NCBI GenBank assembly: GCA_036785375.1
Contig: JAWMAR010000085.1
Span: forward strand, 7,564,001 to 7,628,000
Direction of reading: 5' to 3'
DNA length: 64,000 nucleotides
Source: Leucoraja ocellata
Lineage: Eukaryota
A program made the translations under genes and the position numbers. Below, one piece after another: positions 1 through 13,600 of the stretch. The notes under the pieces were generated by a model. That model had not been told where the DNA came from. It ran no database searches and saw only the letters and a list, made by a program, of their open reading frames with translations. The first letter of the stretch is position 1. Every line of letters begins with the position of its first letter.

Positions 1-340
1 GATTAAGATAAAGTAACAGGAAAAATATTGCAATTTGGTCGTGTTTTTGATACAGCAATAGATAACGTTTGCAGTGTTTACAATACAGTATTAGAGAAAA
101 CAGTGCATGTTGTAGTGTTTGTGATATTGTAATAGATAAGAAACCTTTGTAGTTTATGTTATAGTAATAGATAAAATATATTTTGTTGTATTTACAATAC
201 AGTAAAAGATAAAATAGTATACGTCTTTACGATTAATCGATGAAGCTAATGCATTATTAGTGCTTATAATATAGCAATAGATTAAATTGTGCATTCTTAG
301 TGTGTATGATACATTGACAGATAAAATAGTACATTTTGAT
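1..340. repeat. Degenerate AT-rich minisatellite (about 35-41 bp unit), intronic
   Basis: Recurrent unit resembling AATACAGTAATAGATAAAATAGTGCATTTTGTAGTGTTT, seen several times with variation. Confidence 0.55.
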
Positions 341-796
341 TGTAAGAAGATCTCGGCTCAGCCACAATATTGAAAAGGGTGGATGAAGCATTAATCTTGG
401 GCAATAAAAACCAGATCAGATTTGTGCACTCCACGATATTGCAATCACAGCTGATGCATGGATGAAGTGGAGGTGGGACTGGACTGAAAAAGCTTTGGAA
501 TTGGATTCAATTCATTCCTAGCCCAGTTAGGAGTAACTTTATGTCTTTTTTGGCCTGGAATCCAGAATCTGTAGTTCCTTGTATCAAGAGTAAAATAGAG
601 TTGGCTTATAAGTAGGATAGATGCATGATAATGTATCGTTGGTAAGGCAGGTTCAGTCTGAAGAAATGTCCCAACCCTATCCATGGTTATCAATTCAATA
701 GATAAATACAAATTCTGGAGTAACTCAGAGGGTCAGGCAGCATCTCTGGAGTAAAGGAATAGATGGTGTTTTGGATCGAGACCCTTCTTCAGATGG

Positions 797-1160
797 CATA
801 GTGAAAGGCCTGGATAGAGTAGATGTGGAGAGGATGTTTCCACTATGGGGAGAGTCTAGGACCAGAGGCCATAGCCTCAGAATAAAAATACGTACCTTTA
901 GAAAGGAGATGAGGAGGAATTTCTTTAGTCAGAGGATGGTGAATCTGTGGAATTCATTGCAACAGAAGACTGTGGAGGCCAGGTCAATTAATATTTTTAA
1001 GGTGGAGATTGACAGGTTCTTGATTAGTAAGAGTGTCGAGGGTTATGAGGAGAAGGTAGGAGAATGGGGTTGAGAGGGAAAGATAGATTAGTCGTTATTG
1101 AATGGCGGAGGAGACTTATTGGACCAAATGGCCTAATTCTACTCCTCCAACTTGTAAACA
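797..1160 (+). mobile_element. CR1 3' fragment
   Basis: GLDRVDVERMFP..RTRGHSL..FFSQR..WNSL plus conserved 3'UTR. Confidence 0.85.
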
Positions 1161-1245
1161 TGATTTAAATCTTGCTTTTCCTCTACCAAGTATACATTGC
1201 ATCATAGACTGCTGACATTAACACCAACTCACCCTTGCTTCACAG

Positions 1246-1650
1246 AGGCCGACCTTAAGGTGGAGATCAGCATTAGTGGGACGAATATTTTGGAAGGGGG
1301 TGTTCTTCAGTTTGCCTGCAATGTTCGTTCGGGGGCCACAGTGCCTGGGCAGCTTTCTGTTATTTGGCAGTTCATGGACAAACACAAGGTGAAGAGCAAT
1401 ATAATTGAGATGCAGCAGAATGGTGTCCAAGTCACTGCTCCGCCCTACCGTGAGCGGGTTGGTCACGGAGAAGTCCGGATGGCCAGAGTGGGGTCCGATA
1501 CTTTTACGTTGGGCATTTATGATGCCAGGATTTCAGATGAAGGAATGTACTCTTGCAAAGTGATGGAATGGACAGCGATGCCCAACCAAAACTGGAAACT
1601 AATCGGAGATTATGTCAGCAGTGATAAGGCAGTGACGATTAAATCTCTGG
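1246..1650 (+). CDS. Exon: V-type Ig domain (like IGSF3/CD101 domain 4)
   Basis: ttcacAG acceptor, G|GTGAG donor; ILEGGVLQFACNV..SVIWQ..DEGMYSCKVMEW parallels recalled IGSF3 ILEGEDLRFSCSV..SVIWQ..DEGQYECHVTEW. Confidence 0.92.
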
Positions 1651-4600
1651 GTGAGCGTTTCAACATCGAGTGTCTGTGATACTTTGTTTTGATGCAAGGG
1701 ATTTACTGCCTAGAGGCACAGTCAGAGTCATTCAGCACGGAAATAGATCCAACTCACCCACGCTGACCAAGATGCACCCATCTACACTAGTCCATGTGGC
1801 CCATATCCTTCCAAGCATTTCCTATCCATGTACCAAGTATCGCTTATATTCAATGATCACTGATACATTATTGTCACGTGTACCTAGGTACAGTCAAATG
1901 CTTTGTTTTGCACACTTTTCTGGTACCTGTACCAACAAAGTTACAAAAGTTCACCAAACAGTCCTGTCTTCTTATAGTACCTGCCTCAACTACCTCCTCT
2001 GGCAACTAATTCCATATACCCACCGCCCTATGTCTGGAAAAATGTTGTCCCATAGGTTTAGTTTAGAGATGCAGCGTGGAAACAGACCCTTCGGTCGACT
2101 GATTCCATGCTGACCATCAATCACTGTCCCCAATCAGTTCTATGTTATTCCCACTTTCCCACTAGTTCTATGTAATCCCACTTTCTCATCCATACCCTAC
2201 ACACAAGGGGAAATTTACAGAGGGTCAATTAAACTACAAACCGGAAGTCTTTGGGATGTGGGAACACCGGGAGGAAACGCATTTAGATGAATTTCTCTCT
2301 TTTTTTAAACATTTGTTGACAGAAAGCATCTTTAAAGTCATTGCCATAACCCGCACGCCAACTGCAAGATACTACGGTACATTTGAACTGCAGTGCTTCA
2401 TCCAGCCGCCAATCATCAATCACCTCCCAATTGACGTGACGTGGAAATTTCAGCCGGCTAATTCGAACGAGAGCTTCCACCTCGTGACTTTCAGCCACGA
2501 CACAGCGATCGAGTGGGGAGACAAGGCAGTGAGCTTCAAAGGGAAAATGATAGTCGCTAAAACAGCATCCAACACGGTCCGCTTGCGTGTGTCCAGGGTC
2601 AGCAGCCTGGAAGCTGGCAAGTTTCTGTGCGACGCAGTATTGTGGAAAAGACAACGGCCGGATCAATGGGTCAGGGTAGTCAGCGTGACGTCAAACATCC
2701 TGCAGGTGGTGGTTCAGGCCCCAGGTAAGGCAATCATCCCTCCTCTTCTTTACATTGTCCCAGCACAGTCTTCCTCTTTTTACTACAAGGAAGAAATATA
2801 GGACGTTTAAAATTTTAGTTAGTTAGTTTAGTTTGTTGTCACGTGTACCGAGGTACAGTGAAAAGCTTTTTTGTTGTGCGCTATCCATTCAGCGTTATCC
2901 ATTCAGCGGATTACAATCAAGCCTTCCGCAGTGTACAGATACAGGATCAAAGGAATAACGTTTAGTGCAAGATAATGCTTTGTCCAGTTAATAGACACAA
3001 AATGCTGGAGTAACTCAACGGTTTAGGCCGCATCTCTGGAGAAAAGGAATAGGTGACGCTTTGGGTCAGAACGCTTCCTCAGAATGACGGTGTCTTTGGA
3101 AGGGTTCCAAACTCGAAATGTCACCTATTGCTTTTCTCCACAGATGCTGCCCGACCCGCTGGGTCACTCCAGCATTTTGTGTCTATTGAAGTCCAGTAAA
3201 GTTTGATTAAAGATGGTCCGAGGGTCTCCAGTGAGGTAGGTGGGAAGTCAGGACCGCTTGCCCGATAATTCAGTTGAATATTAAATCAAAACACACAGTG
3301 CTGGAGTAACTCCGTGGGTCAGGCAGCACCTGTGGAGGGAATGGTTTTGGCTACATTTTAGATTGGGAACCTTCTTCACAGTTGCTAATATTCAAAATAG
3401 GAACAATCCTGACTGAAGAAAATTTGAAGTAAAACCTAACTGACTGTTGTAAATGAATTAAAACATGAATATATTAATTAAGATGAAGTTAAAAATCACT
3501 TAATGCAAGGATGGGGAAGGAAACTGGAGTACCCGGAGGAAACCCATGCAGAACGTGCAAACTCCATACAGACAGCACCCTAGGTCAGGATTGAACGCGG
3601 GTCTCTGTCACTGTGAGGCAGCAGCTCTACCAACTGCGCCACTATGCTTAAATGGTACAAAGAAATATAATAACGCTTTTTTTTAATGTTTTCTCTTCTA
3701 CTTCTGCAGTAAGCCGTTTGCAGCTCGCACAAGGGGACACAACTATATATAAAAGGGTTAGCGACGTCATTGAACTCGATTGTAAAATCTTTGCTCAAAC
3801 CCAGAATGATTCCCAGTTCTCAGTCTCATGGATCTTCATAAAGCCACAAGGGCAGAAGGAGATAACTCTTCTGAACATCGATCGCAACAACATCATTCGA
3901 TACAACGAGGAATTGCGAGCCAGCGATCAGGAGGGGACGAAGATGCGGGTTGAGAAGACTTTGCGTGATCTTTACAAACTAATTATAGGGAAAGCTGAAT
4001 TGACCGATCAAGGGAATTACTGTTGTGCGGTCACAGAATGGCTACTAGACCCCAACAATGTTTGGTATGAAGTGGGCAAAGTCGTGTCGGCAGTGACCAC
4101 CGTACAAGTACATACACCAGGTAAACACATCTCACAAACGCCTCTTGACTGGAACCAATGCCACTGATTTAAGTGACGGTTTAGGTGATTATTTACATCT
4201 CAAGTTCAAGTGAGTTTATTGTCATGTGTCCCTGTATAGGACAATGAAATTCTTGCTTTGCTTCAGCACACAGAACATAGTAGGCATTTACTACAGAACA
4301 GATAAGTGTGTCCATATACCATGATATAAATATATACACACATGAATAAATAAAGTGCAAATAACAGATAATGGGTTATTAATAATCATAGTTTTGTCTG
4401 AGCCAGGTTTAATAGCCTGATGGCTGTGGGGAAGTAGCTATTCCTGAACCTGGTTGTTGCAGTCTTCAGGCTCCTGTACCTTCTACCTGAAGGTAGCAGG
4501 GAGATGATCTCCATGAGTTCTCCAAAAGTGTCAAAGTGCTGGGGTACTTGGTGGGTCAGGCAGCATCTCTGGACGACATAATTTTGGTGATGCTTCACGT

Positions 4601-7600
4601 ATTCCTTTTCTCCAGAGATGCTGACCCGCTGAGTAACTCCAGCGCTCTGTGTCTCTGTTCATTGTAAACCAGCATTTGCAGTTCCATCCTACACCACTGA
4701 TTTAGATTTAAGTTTTGGTTTAGGTTTATTGTTATTGTTTGGTGCAGTGAGGTACAGTGAACAAATTTGTCAAGCATGCCATCCTAACAGATCAGATATA
4801 CCACACGTAGATAGAGGCAGCACAGTGGCGCAGCGGGTGATTTGATGCTTTACAGCGCCAGAGACCCGGGTTTGATCATGACTGTGGGTGCTGCGTGTAT
4901 GGAGTTTGTACATTCTCCCTGTGACCATGTGGGTTTTCTCCGGGTGCTCCAGTTTTCTCCCATGCTCCAAAGACGTCCAAGTTTGTAGGTTAATTGGCTT
5001 TGGTAAATTGTAAAATTGACCCTAGTGTGTAGGATAGTGCCAGTGTACAGGGTGATCACTTGTCGGTGGGCAGAAGGGCCTGGACCAGGCTGTATCTCTA
5101 AAGGCTAAATATACAGTCATTTCAAAAAGACACAAAGTGCTGGAGTAATTCAGCGGTTCAGGCAACATCTCTGGAGAAAATGTTTAGGCGATGTTTCAGG
5201 TTGAGACTGAAGAAGGGTCCCGACCTGAAACATCCCCTATCCATTTTATGGAAATGCTACCCGACTCACTAAGTTCATAACTTCATTTGTCATAGGAACA
5301 GAGTTAGGCCATTTGGCCCATCGAGTCTGCTCTGCCATTCAATTTTGGCTGATCTATCTTTCCCTCTCATCCCTCTCCTGCTTTCTCCCCAGCACTCCCC
5401 ACTTACTCCAACATTTTGTGTCTATCTTTGGCCTGCCAGCATCTGCAGTTCCTTTTTATTGCATTTAGACTAAATTAAATGCCACTGTTGACCCTGTCTT
5501 CCGTCGGTTCTGCAGATGCCAATCTACAAGTCGCTGACACGAACAGGTCTGAGTCACTCAAGGAGGATGCGGCCTTTGAACTCGAGTGCGTTATCAACAA
5601 CCAAACGCAGGCAAGCTCTCAGTTCTCCGTGACGTGGTTCTTCCAAAGCAACGGGCAGCCCAAGGCATCTCGGAGAGAGCTGCTCCGTACAGATCGCAAC
5701 AACATCCAGCGTTACCGTGGGAACCTCACGGCTGATTCCCACAAGTCGACACTGCAAAGTGTGAAGGTTTCCAGCAATAACTATAAGCTGATCATGAGCA
5801 GCGTGGCGCCAGGTGATAGTGGCGTCTACTATTGCAGTGTGGAGGAATGGGTCACAAACGGCCAGAATCAATGGGCTCTTCAAGGAAGCGATGAATCCGG
5901 AAGAACAACCCTTCATGTCCATCCTTCAGGTAACGCCAGCAACCATTTTACCCAGGTGGCCAAGCGGTAGAGTTGCTGCCTCACAGCGCCAGAGACCCGG
6001 GTTCGATCCTGACTACAGGTGCTGTCTGTACGGAGTTTTACATTCTCCCTGTAACCGTGTGGGTTTTCTGCGGGTGCTCTGGTTTCCTCTCGCGTCCCAA
6101 AAAAGTACAGGTTTGTAGCTTAATTGACGGGTAAAAATTGGACATTGTCCCTAGTGTGTGTCGGATAGTATTAGTGTACAGGGCGCGGACTCGGTGTGTG
6201 GAAGGGCCTGTTTCCACCTTGTATCTCTGAAGTAATTCGACCTATTTTATTATTCTCCTTCTTTGACAATATGACCTGCTTCGAGCCATAAAAACAGGCA
6301 GTTCTGCCCAACTTGCCCTTGCTGACCAAGATGCCCCATCTATACTATTCCCATCTGTTTGCTTTTGGCCCGTATAACATCTTTAATAACATGATAATGT
6401 CTTTAATAAGCTTTAGAGTATTATCTAAATATATAATTATCCTGAAGGTATACATAGAATGAATGAAAGCTTTATTGGAATAATTAAATTCTCCAAATTC
6501 AAAAACCTGTGACGTATATAAAGAAAAAAGAAAATTACTCACAGAATGATAGGGCACACAAATGAGCCATTCGACCCAACCTAGTCAATGGTGGATGTGC
6601 AGTGCTGGAGTTACTCAGCAAGTCAGGCAGCATCTCTGGAAAACATGGATAGGTGACATTGGCCCTGACCCAAAACATTACCTATCCATGTTCTCCAGAA
6701 ATGCTGCTGGACTTGCTGAGTTACTCCAGCACCTTATGTCCTTTTGTGGAAACCAACATCTGCAGTTCCTTGTTTCAACAGTGAATGGTGGAATTTATTT
6801 TCCAGTCGCAACTCTTCCACCTTTTCCTAATATGATTATATTATGTGTTCTAAATGTGGACTAACTAAGTTTCGTAATAAAACTTACTTTGCTTAAACCT
6901 CAAGTTATGTTTTGATAAACTTCTCCACTTTTATCTCTTTAGAAATGAACACACAATCTTAGTTCACTTTTATTATGGCATTAGTGAGGTTATGATCTGA
7001 ATATTTGTTCTGTAAAATCTCTGCGTTCCTCGAATTCATTTAAATTCCACAAATAATATGTTGAGTTTTGAGTTTCGTTTTGTTTATTATCATGTGTACC
7101 AAGGTACAGTGAAAAGCTTTTGTTGCGTGCTAACTAGTGTTAACACATCATATATTGGAGTGCTGGGTGATGAGAAGTGATCTTACAAAGGTGTATATAA
7201 TCATAAGGGGAATGGATAGGGTGAATGCTTTAACCCAGAATATGGGAATCAACAATCAAGAACCAAGGGACAGAAGTTTAAGATGAGAAACAAAAGATTT
7301 AATAGGATCCTGAGGGGCAACTTTTTCAACACGGGGTGTATGGTACGGGCTGCTAGAGGAGGTAGTTGAGGCAGGTACTATAACAACATTTAAAAGATAT
7401 TTAAATGGGTACATGGATGGGAAAGGTTTAGAGGGCCAAACGTGGGCGGGTGGGACTAGTGTAGATGGGGTATCTATGTTGCCAGGGACTTCCACCTTCA
7501 CTTGTATCACCTATCACTCACCAGGCTTTGCCTCAACCCAACTCACTTTTCCAGCTTTCTCCCCCCTACTGTAATCATTCCAAAGAAGGGTATTGAGCTG

Positions 7601-10600
7601 GCCCACTGAGTTCCTCCAGTACTTTGTGTTTCTCCACCCTGTACCCCTCCGGATCTCCCTCCATCATTAATTAAGCTTAAGTTAACCATATAACAATTAC
7701 AGCACGGAAACATGCCATCTTGGCCCTACAAGTCCATGCCGAACAAATTTTTTTCCCCTTAGTCCCACCTGCCTGCACTCGTACCATAACCCTCCATTCC
7801 CTTCTCATCCATATGCCTATCCAATTTATTTTTAAATTATACCAATGAACCTGCCTCCACCACTTCCACTGGGAGCTCATTCCACACCGCCACCACTCTC
7901 TGCGTAAAGAAGTTCCCCCTCGTATTACCCCTAAACTTCTGTCCCTTAATTCTGAAGTCATGTCCTCTTGTTTGAATCTTCCCTATTCTCAAAGGGAAAA
8001 GCTTGTCCACATCAACTCTGTCTATCCCTCTCATCATTTTAAAGACCTCTATCAGGTCCCCCCTTAACCTTCTGCGCTCCAGAGAATAAAGACCTAACTT
8101 ATTCAACCTATCTCTGTAACTTAGTTGTTGAAACCCAGGCAACATTCTAGTAAATCTCCTCTGTACTCTCTCTATTTTGTTGACATCCTTCCTATAATTT
8201 GGCGACCAAAATTGTACACCATACTCCAGATTTGGCCTCACCAATGCCTTGTACAATTTTAACATTACATCCCAGCTTCTATACTCAATGCTCTGATTTA
8301 TAAAGGCTAGCATACCAAAAGCTTTCTTTACCACCCTATCTATATGAGATTCCACCTTCAAGGAACTATGCACGGTTATACCCAGATCCCTCTGTTCAAC
8401 TGTATTCTTCAATTCCCTACCATTTACCATGTACGTCCTATTTTGATTTGTCCTGCCAAGGTGTAGCACTTCACATTTATCAGCATTAAACTCCATCTGC
8501 CATCTTTCAGCCCATTTTTCCAAATGGCCTAAATCACTCTGTAGACTTTGGAAATCCTCTTCATTATCCACAACACCCCCTATCTTGGTATCATCTGCAT
8601 ACTTACTAATCCAATTTACCACACCTTCATCCAGATCATTGATGTACATGACAAACAACAAAGGACCCAACACAGATCCCTGAGGCACCCCACTAGTCAC
8701 CTGCCTCCAACCCGATAAACAGCCATCCACCATTACCCTCTGGCTTCTCCCATTCAGCCACTGTTGAATCCATCTTGCTATTCCTGCATTTATACCCAAC
8801 AGTTGAACCTTCTTAACCAACCTTCCATGAGGAACCTTGTCAAAGGCCTTACTAAAGTCCATATAGACAACATCCACTGCTTTACCCTCGTCAATTTCCC
8901 TAGTAACCTCTTCAAAAAATTCAAGAAGATTAGTCAAACATGGCCTTCCAGGCACAAATCCATGTTGACTGTTCCTAATCAGACCCTGTTTATCTAGATG
9001 CTTATATATATTGTCTCTAAGTATCTTTTCCATTAATTTGCCCACCACTGAAGTCAAACTAACAGGTCTATAATTGCTAGGTTTACTCTTAGAACCCTTT
9101 TTAAACAATGGAACAACATGGGCAGTACACCAATCCTCGGGGACTATTCCCGTTTCTAGTGACATTTGAAATATTTCTGTCATAGCCCCGGCTATTTCTA
9201 CACTAACTTCCCTCAATGTCCTAGGGAATATCCTGTCAGGACCTGGAGACTTATCCACTTTTATATTTTTCAAAAGTGTCAGTACTTCCTTCAAAAGTGT
9301 CAGTACTTCTTTCAAAAGTGTCAGTACTTCTTTCGAAAGTGTCAGTACAAGTTAAAAAATACGACGTGGAAACAGGCCTTTAGCCCACCGAATCCGCGCC
9401 GACCAGCGATCACCCCATACACTATTTCTATCCTTCACCCAAGTGACAATTTACAAAAGTCAATTGACCTACAAACCTGCACGTCTTTGGAGTGTAGGAG
9501 GAAAGCAGAGCACCTGGAGAAAACCCACACGGTCACAGGGAGAACATACAAACTCTTTAGTTGAGGCCAGTTCATTGGCTATATTTAAGAGGGAGTTAGA
9601 TGTGACCCTTGCGGCTAAAGGGATAGGGGGGTATGGAAAGAAGACTGGAACAAGATACCGAGTTGGATGATCAGCCAGGATCATGTTGAATGGCGGTGCA
9701 GGCTTGAAGGGCCGAATGGCCTACTCCTGCACCTATTTTCTATGTTTCCAGACAGCACCCGTAGCCAGGATGGAATTTGGATGCTGTAAGGCAGCAATCT
9801 ACCGCTGCGCTACTGTGCTGCCCCTCGTTGCCTCTACGTTTATTTATTTTTTCTGGCTGTTTCTATTTTCTTCTTCCAAGGGAACCTTCAGACTGTTGAA
9901 CATCACACATCACTGCATCAACTCCCCCCAGCAACAGCAGACTAAAATGGATCATGTGTTAGTTACACTGGGGAACTTTGGTTTTGCACTATTATGATCC
10001 AGTTACCTAACAGTACTGATCATTGATTGATAGTATTGTTCATTATTGTATATATATTTGAATCCTTTACGTTAATAGGCCTGTTAAGCTGCAGCAAATA
10101 AGAAACTCATTGTTCCGTTGCCGCCACATATGACAATTAAACACTCCCGACTATGGAATTCCATTATTTTTCTTATCACTGAAATTAAACTATTGGGATT
10201 ATTGTTCCCTGGAGATATTTAACTTGCCTTTTTCAAATGTCCCATTACCCAAGCTATTGCACAGACCCTTGGCATCTATTTAAAACAAATTGTTATGTGT
10301 AATTGCGTTTCTATTTCCTTGGATTCTCTCCCTTACCGGAGTCATCCATTCAGATCAAGACTTTGATTGGCTTCATTTGATTAGCTTTTTATTTTAAATG
10401 TGGCTATATCATTTTAATCTTGTGTTTTGATGCTGTGTTTAAGTGAGCAGATTCCCTGATAAATGCCAAAATTAATTAATATATCTTATTTTTAATACTG
10501 CAGTCTGTGATTTAATCCTGTCATAGAACGTAGAACATTGAACTGTACAGCACATGAGCAGGCCATTCAGCCCACAAAGCCCACACAATGCCAAATGAAA

Positions 10601-13600
10601 ATAACCTCTTCCTGCATATGATCCATATCCCTCCGTGGGGTCAGCCTACTCCACGACAGAAGGGGGAGGAATTGTAGTTTAGTTAAGAGATACTATGTGG
10701 ATACAGGCCATTCGGCCCACCAAGTCTGTGCCGACCATTGGTCCCCCGCACATAAATACTATCTACACACTCTGGGGACAATTTACAATTTTACTAAAGC
10801 CAATTAGCCTACAATCCTATATGTCTTTGGAATGTGGGAGGAAACCGGAGCACCCAGAGAAAACCACGCAGTCACAGGGAGAATGTACGAACTCCACAGA
10901 GACAGCACCCATGATCAGGATTGAACCCGGGACACTGGCGCTGTGAGGTAGCAATGCTACTGCTGCGCCGCTGTGCCGCCTGTATTGCAACTTTCCTTTT
11001 TCTTGATATTTGTCAACTCTTTCATGTTTTTCGTTTGTCTTTTGATAAAGTAATTCCGTTTTTTTTATTTGCCTTCCAAATTGTTTTTGTTAAAAATAAT
11101 TCTCCAATAATCTTTTGTAATCTTTCTTATTGTTCTTCCCTGCTGTTCATGTACCAAGTTTGATACTTTCTTTTCACTCATTTTCATTCCTCCTGCATCT
11201 TTATTCATCCGTAGGGCTTAGTTTTGTTTTATTTGAGTAGCCTATATTTTCCTGGACTCTGTTGGAGGCTCGTTTATATGTTCCCCACTGTTTTTCAATC
11301 TTATTCTCTGCCAACAATATTGTGTATTTTATTTACCAGGTTCTAATCTTATACCTTGACGCTGTCTGGTCTACAATCTATGGCAGGCTCATTATCTTAC
11401 CCATGTCCTCAATAATTATCTTAAAGCATGTTATATTATTTGGGAACTTGAAGAAGGGTCCTGTCGCCTGTCCATTCATTCCACGGATACTGCCTGACTC
11501 GTTGAGTTCCTCCAGCGCTTTACGCTTTGCGCAAGATTCCTGCATCTGCAGTTCCTAGTGTCTTCTTTATATTATTTGGAACATCCATAGAACACCCATG
11601 TTCTCTAGAGATGCTGCCTGACCCTCTGACTTACTCCAGCAGATGGCTGATCTATTTTTCCCTCTCAACCCTGTTCTTCTGCCTTCTCCCTGAAACCTTT
11701 GATGTGCTTACTAATGGAGGACGTCAATCTTTGCTTTAAAAATACCCAATGACTTAGCCTCCACTGCTGTCTGTAGCAATGAATTCCACAGATTCATCAC
11801 TTTTGGCTAAAGAAATTCCTCCTCATCTCCATTCTATTGTCACGTGTCCCGAGGTACAGTAAAAAGTTCTTGTTTGTTTGTTATCCAATTAAATTATCCT
11901 TTGGTCACATTTTCTCTTTTTGTAATCTTACAGCGCGCCAACACCCCTATAGTGATACGTTTGTTTATTAATGTGTAGGAAGGAACTGCAGATCCTGGTT
12001 TAAACCGAAGATAGACACAAAAAAGCTGGAGGAACTCAGCGGGACAGGCAGCATCTCTGGAGAGAAGGAATGGGTGATGTTTCGGGTCGAGGCCCGTTTC
12101 TCTTTCATGTGAATTTCTATCTGAAGAAGATTCTCGACATGAAACGTCACAGATTCCTTCTCTGCAGAGATGCTGCCTGTCCCACTGAGTTACTCGAGCT
12201 TTGTATGTATCTTCTGTTTGCTTATTAATAATGCTTAGCTGATAGATAATGTAAGTGAATGATTTAGAACATTTATTCACTTAGATTTAGAGTTCTGTTA
12301 GTATACGTATTACAAGTTAAAATGTCTGCAACCTTGAGTATATTGATGGATTGTTGTTGATAAATGTAGGAACAGGAACTGCAGATGCTGGTTTACAAAA
12401 GAGACACAAAGTGCTGGAGTAACTCAGTGGGTTAGATCAGTGGTTCCCAACCTTTTTTAGCTCATGGCCGCCTTGGGATCTTTTAATTTTTCTGTGCCCC
12501 CCCCCCCCCCCCGACATTATTAGCAGAAAAAAAGTACTTCAATATTATAATACCTTCCATAAATATATCAGTGTCTATTAATTGCACATATATTCTCTTT
12601 TATTCTATTCCACAAACATCAAAAATATTTCAACTACACAGATTTAAATTTATTAGAACTGAAATTTAGGAGGCAACAGGGTGGTAGCTCTGTGGCCCCC
12701 TTCATTGAACCTGTGGCCCCCTAAATCACCAATTTTTTCTGTGGCCCCTCTGAAATTTGCCATGTGCCCTTTGGGGCCATATGGCCCCAGGTTGGGAATC
12801 ACTGGGTTAGGCAACATCTCTGGAGGACATGGATCGGTGATGTTTCTGGTCAGGACCCTTCCTCAAGTGTCCTCCAGAGATGCTGCCTGACCCGCTGAGT
12901 TACTCCAGCACTTTGAGTCTTCGTGATTACTCTAGGGTTTTTTAACTGGTTTTCCTAATTTATTTGCACACTCAATTTACATCGTGCTGGTTTAGTTTGT
13001 ATTACTGATGGAGCCATGCTGCTGCTATTTTATTCAGTGGATGTTAATACTGAAGTACTTTCCACATTGAAGTTGCTTCAGGACACTAGACACATGAGCC
13101 AAGACCAAATCATTGGCTTCTGGGCACGCAAATCTAATTACTTCTTTTATAATCTCCATTCAAATGAACAGAATTATTCAGAGCTCTTTATTGCTTCCAA
13201 TGATTCATTCAACAGAGGCTACCTACTGCTTGAATCATCTTGCTAATCCCTACTTTATTCAGTAAGACTTTGGAGGTACAGCACGGAAACAGGCCCTTCG
13301 GCTCAACGAGTCTGCACCGACCACCAATCATCCCGTACACTAGCTCTACCCCGACACAATTTACAATTTTACCAAAGCCAATTAACCTGTAATTCTTTGG
13401 AGAGTTGGAGGAAACCAGAGCACCCGGAGAAAATCCACGTGGTCACAGGGAGCATGTACAAACTGCGTACAGACAGCACCCATAGTCAGGTTCGAACCAG
13501 GGTCTCTGGCGCTGTAAGGCAGCAGCTCTACCGCTGCCTCATTTGTAAAGAGATAACGGGACGGGAGTACATGTTGAGGGACTCACTGAAGCTCGGTGCA

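Noticed and set aside
1197-5970. ORF-track starts and stops for the Ig ORFs as standalone genes
   Set aside because: They are internal exons; the ORF ends run into introns beyond clear AG/GT sites
9271-9348. CRISPR-like or regulatory repeat array
   Set aside because: Head-to-tail repeats without spacers, derived from CR1 sequence, in a eukaryotic context
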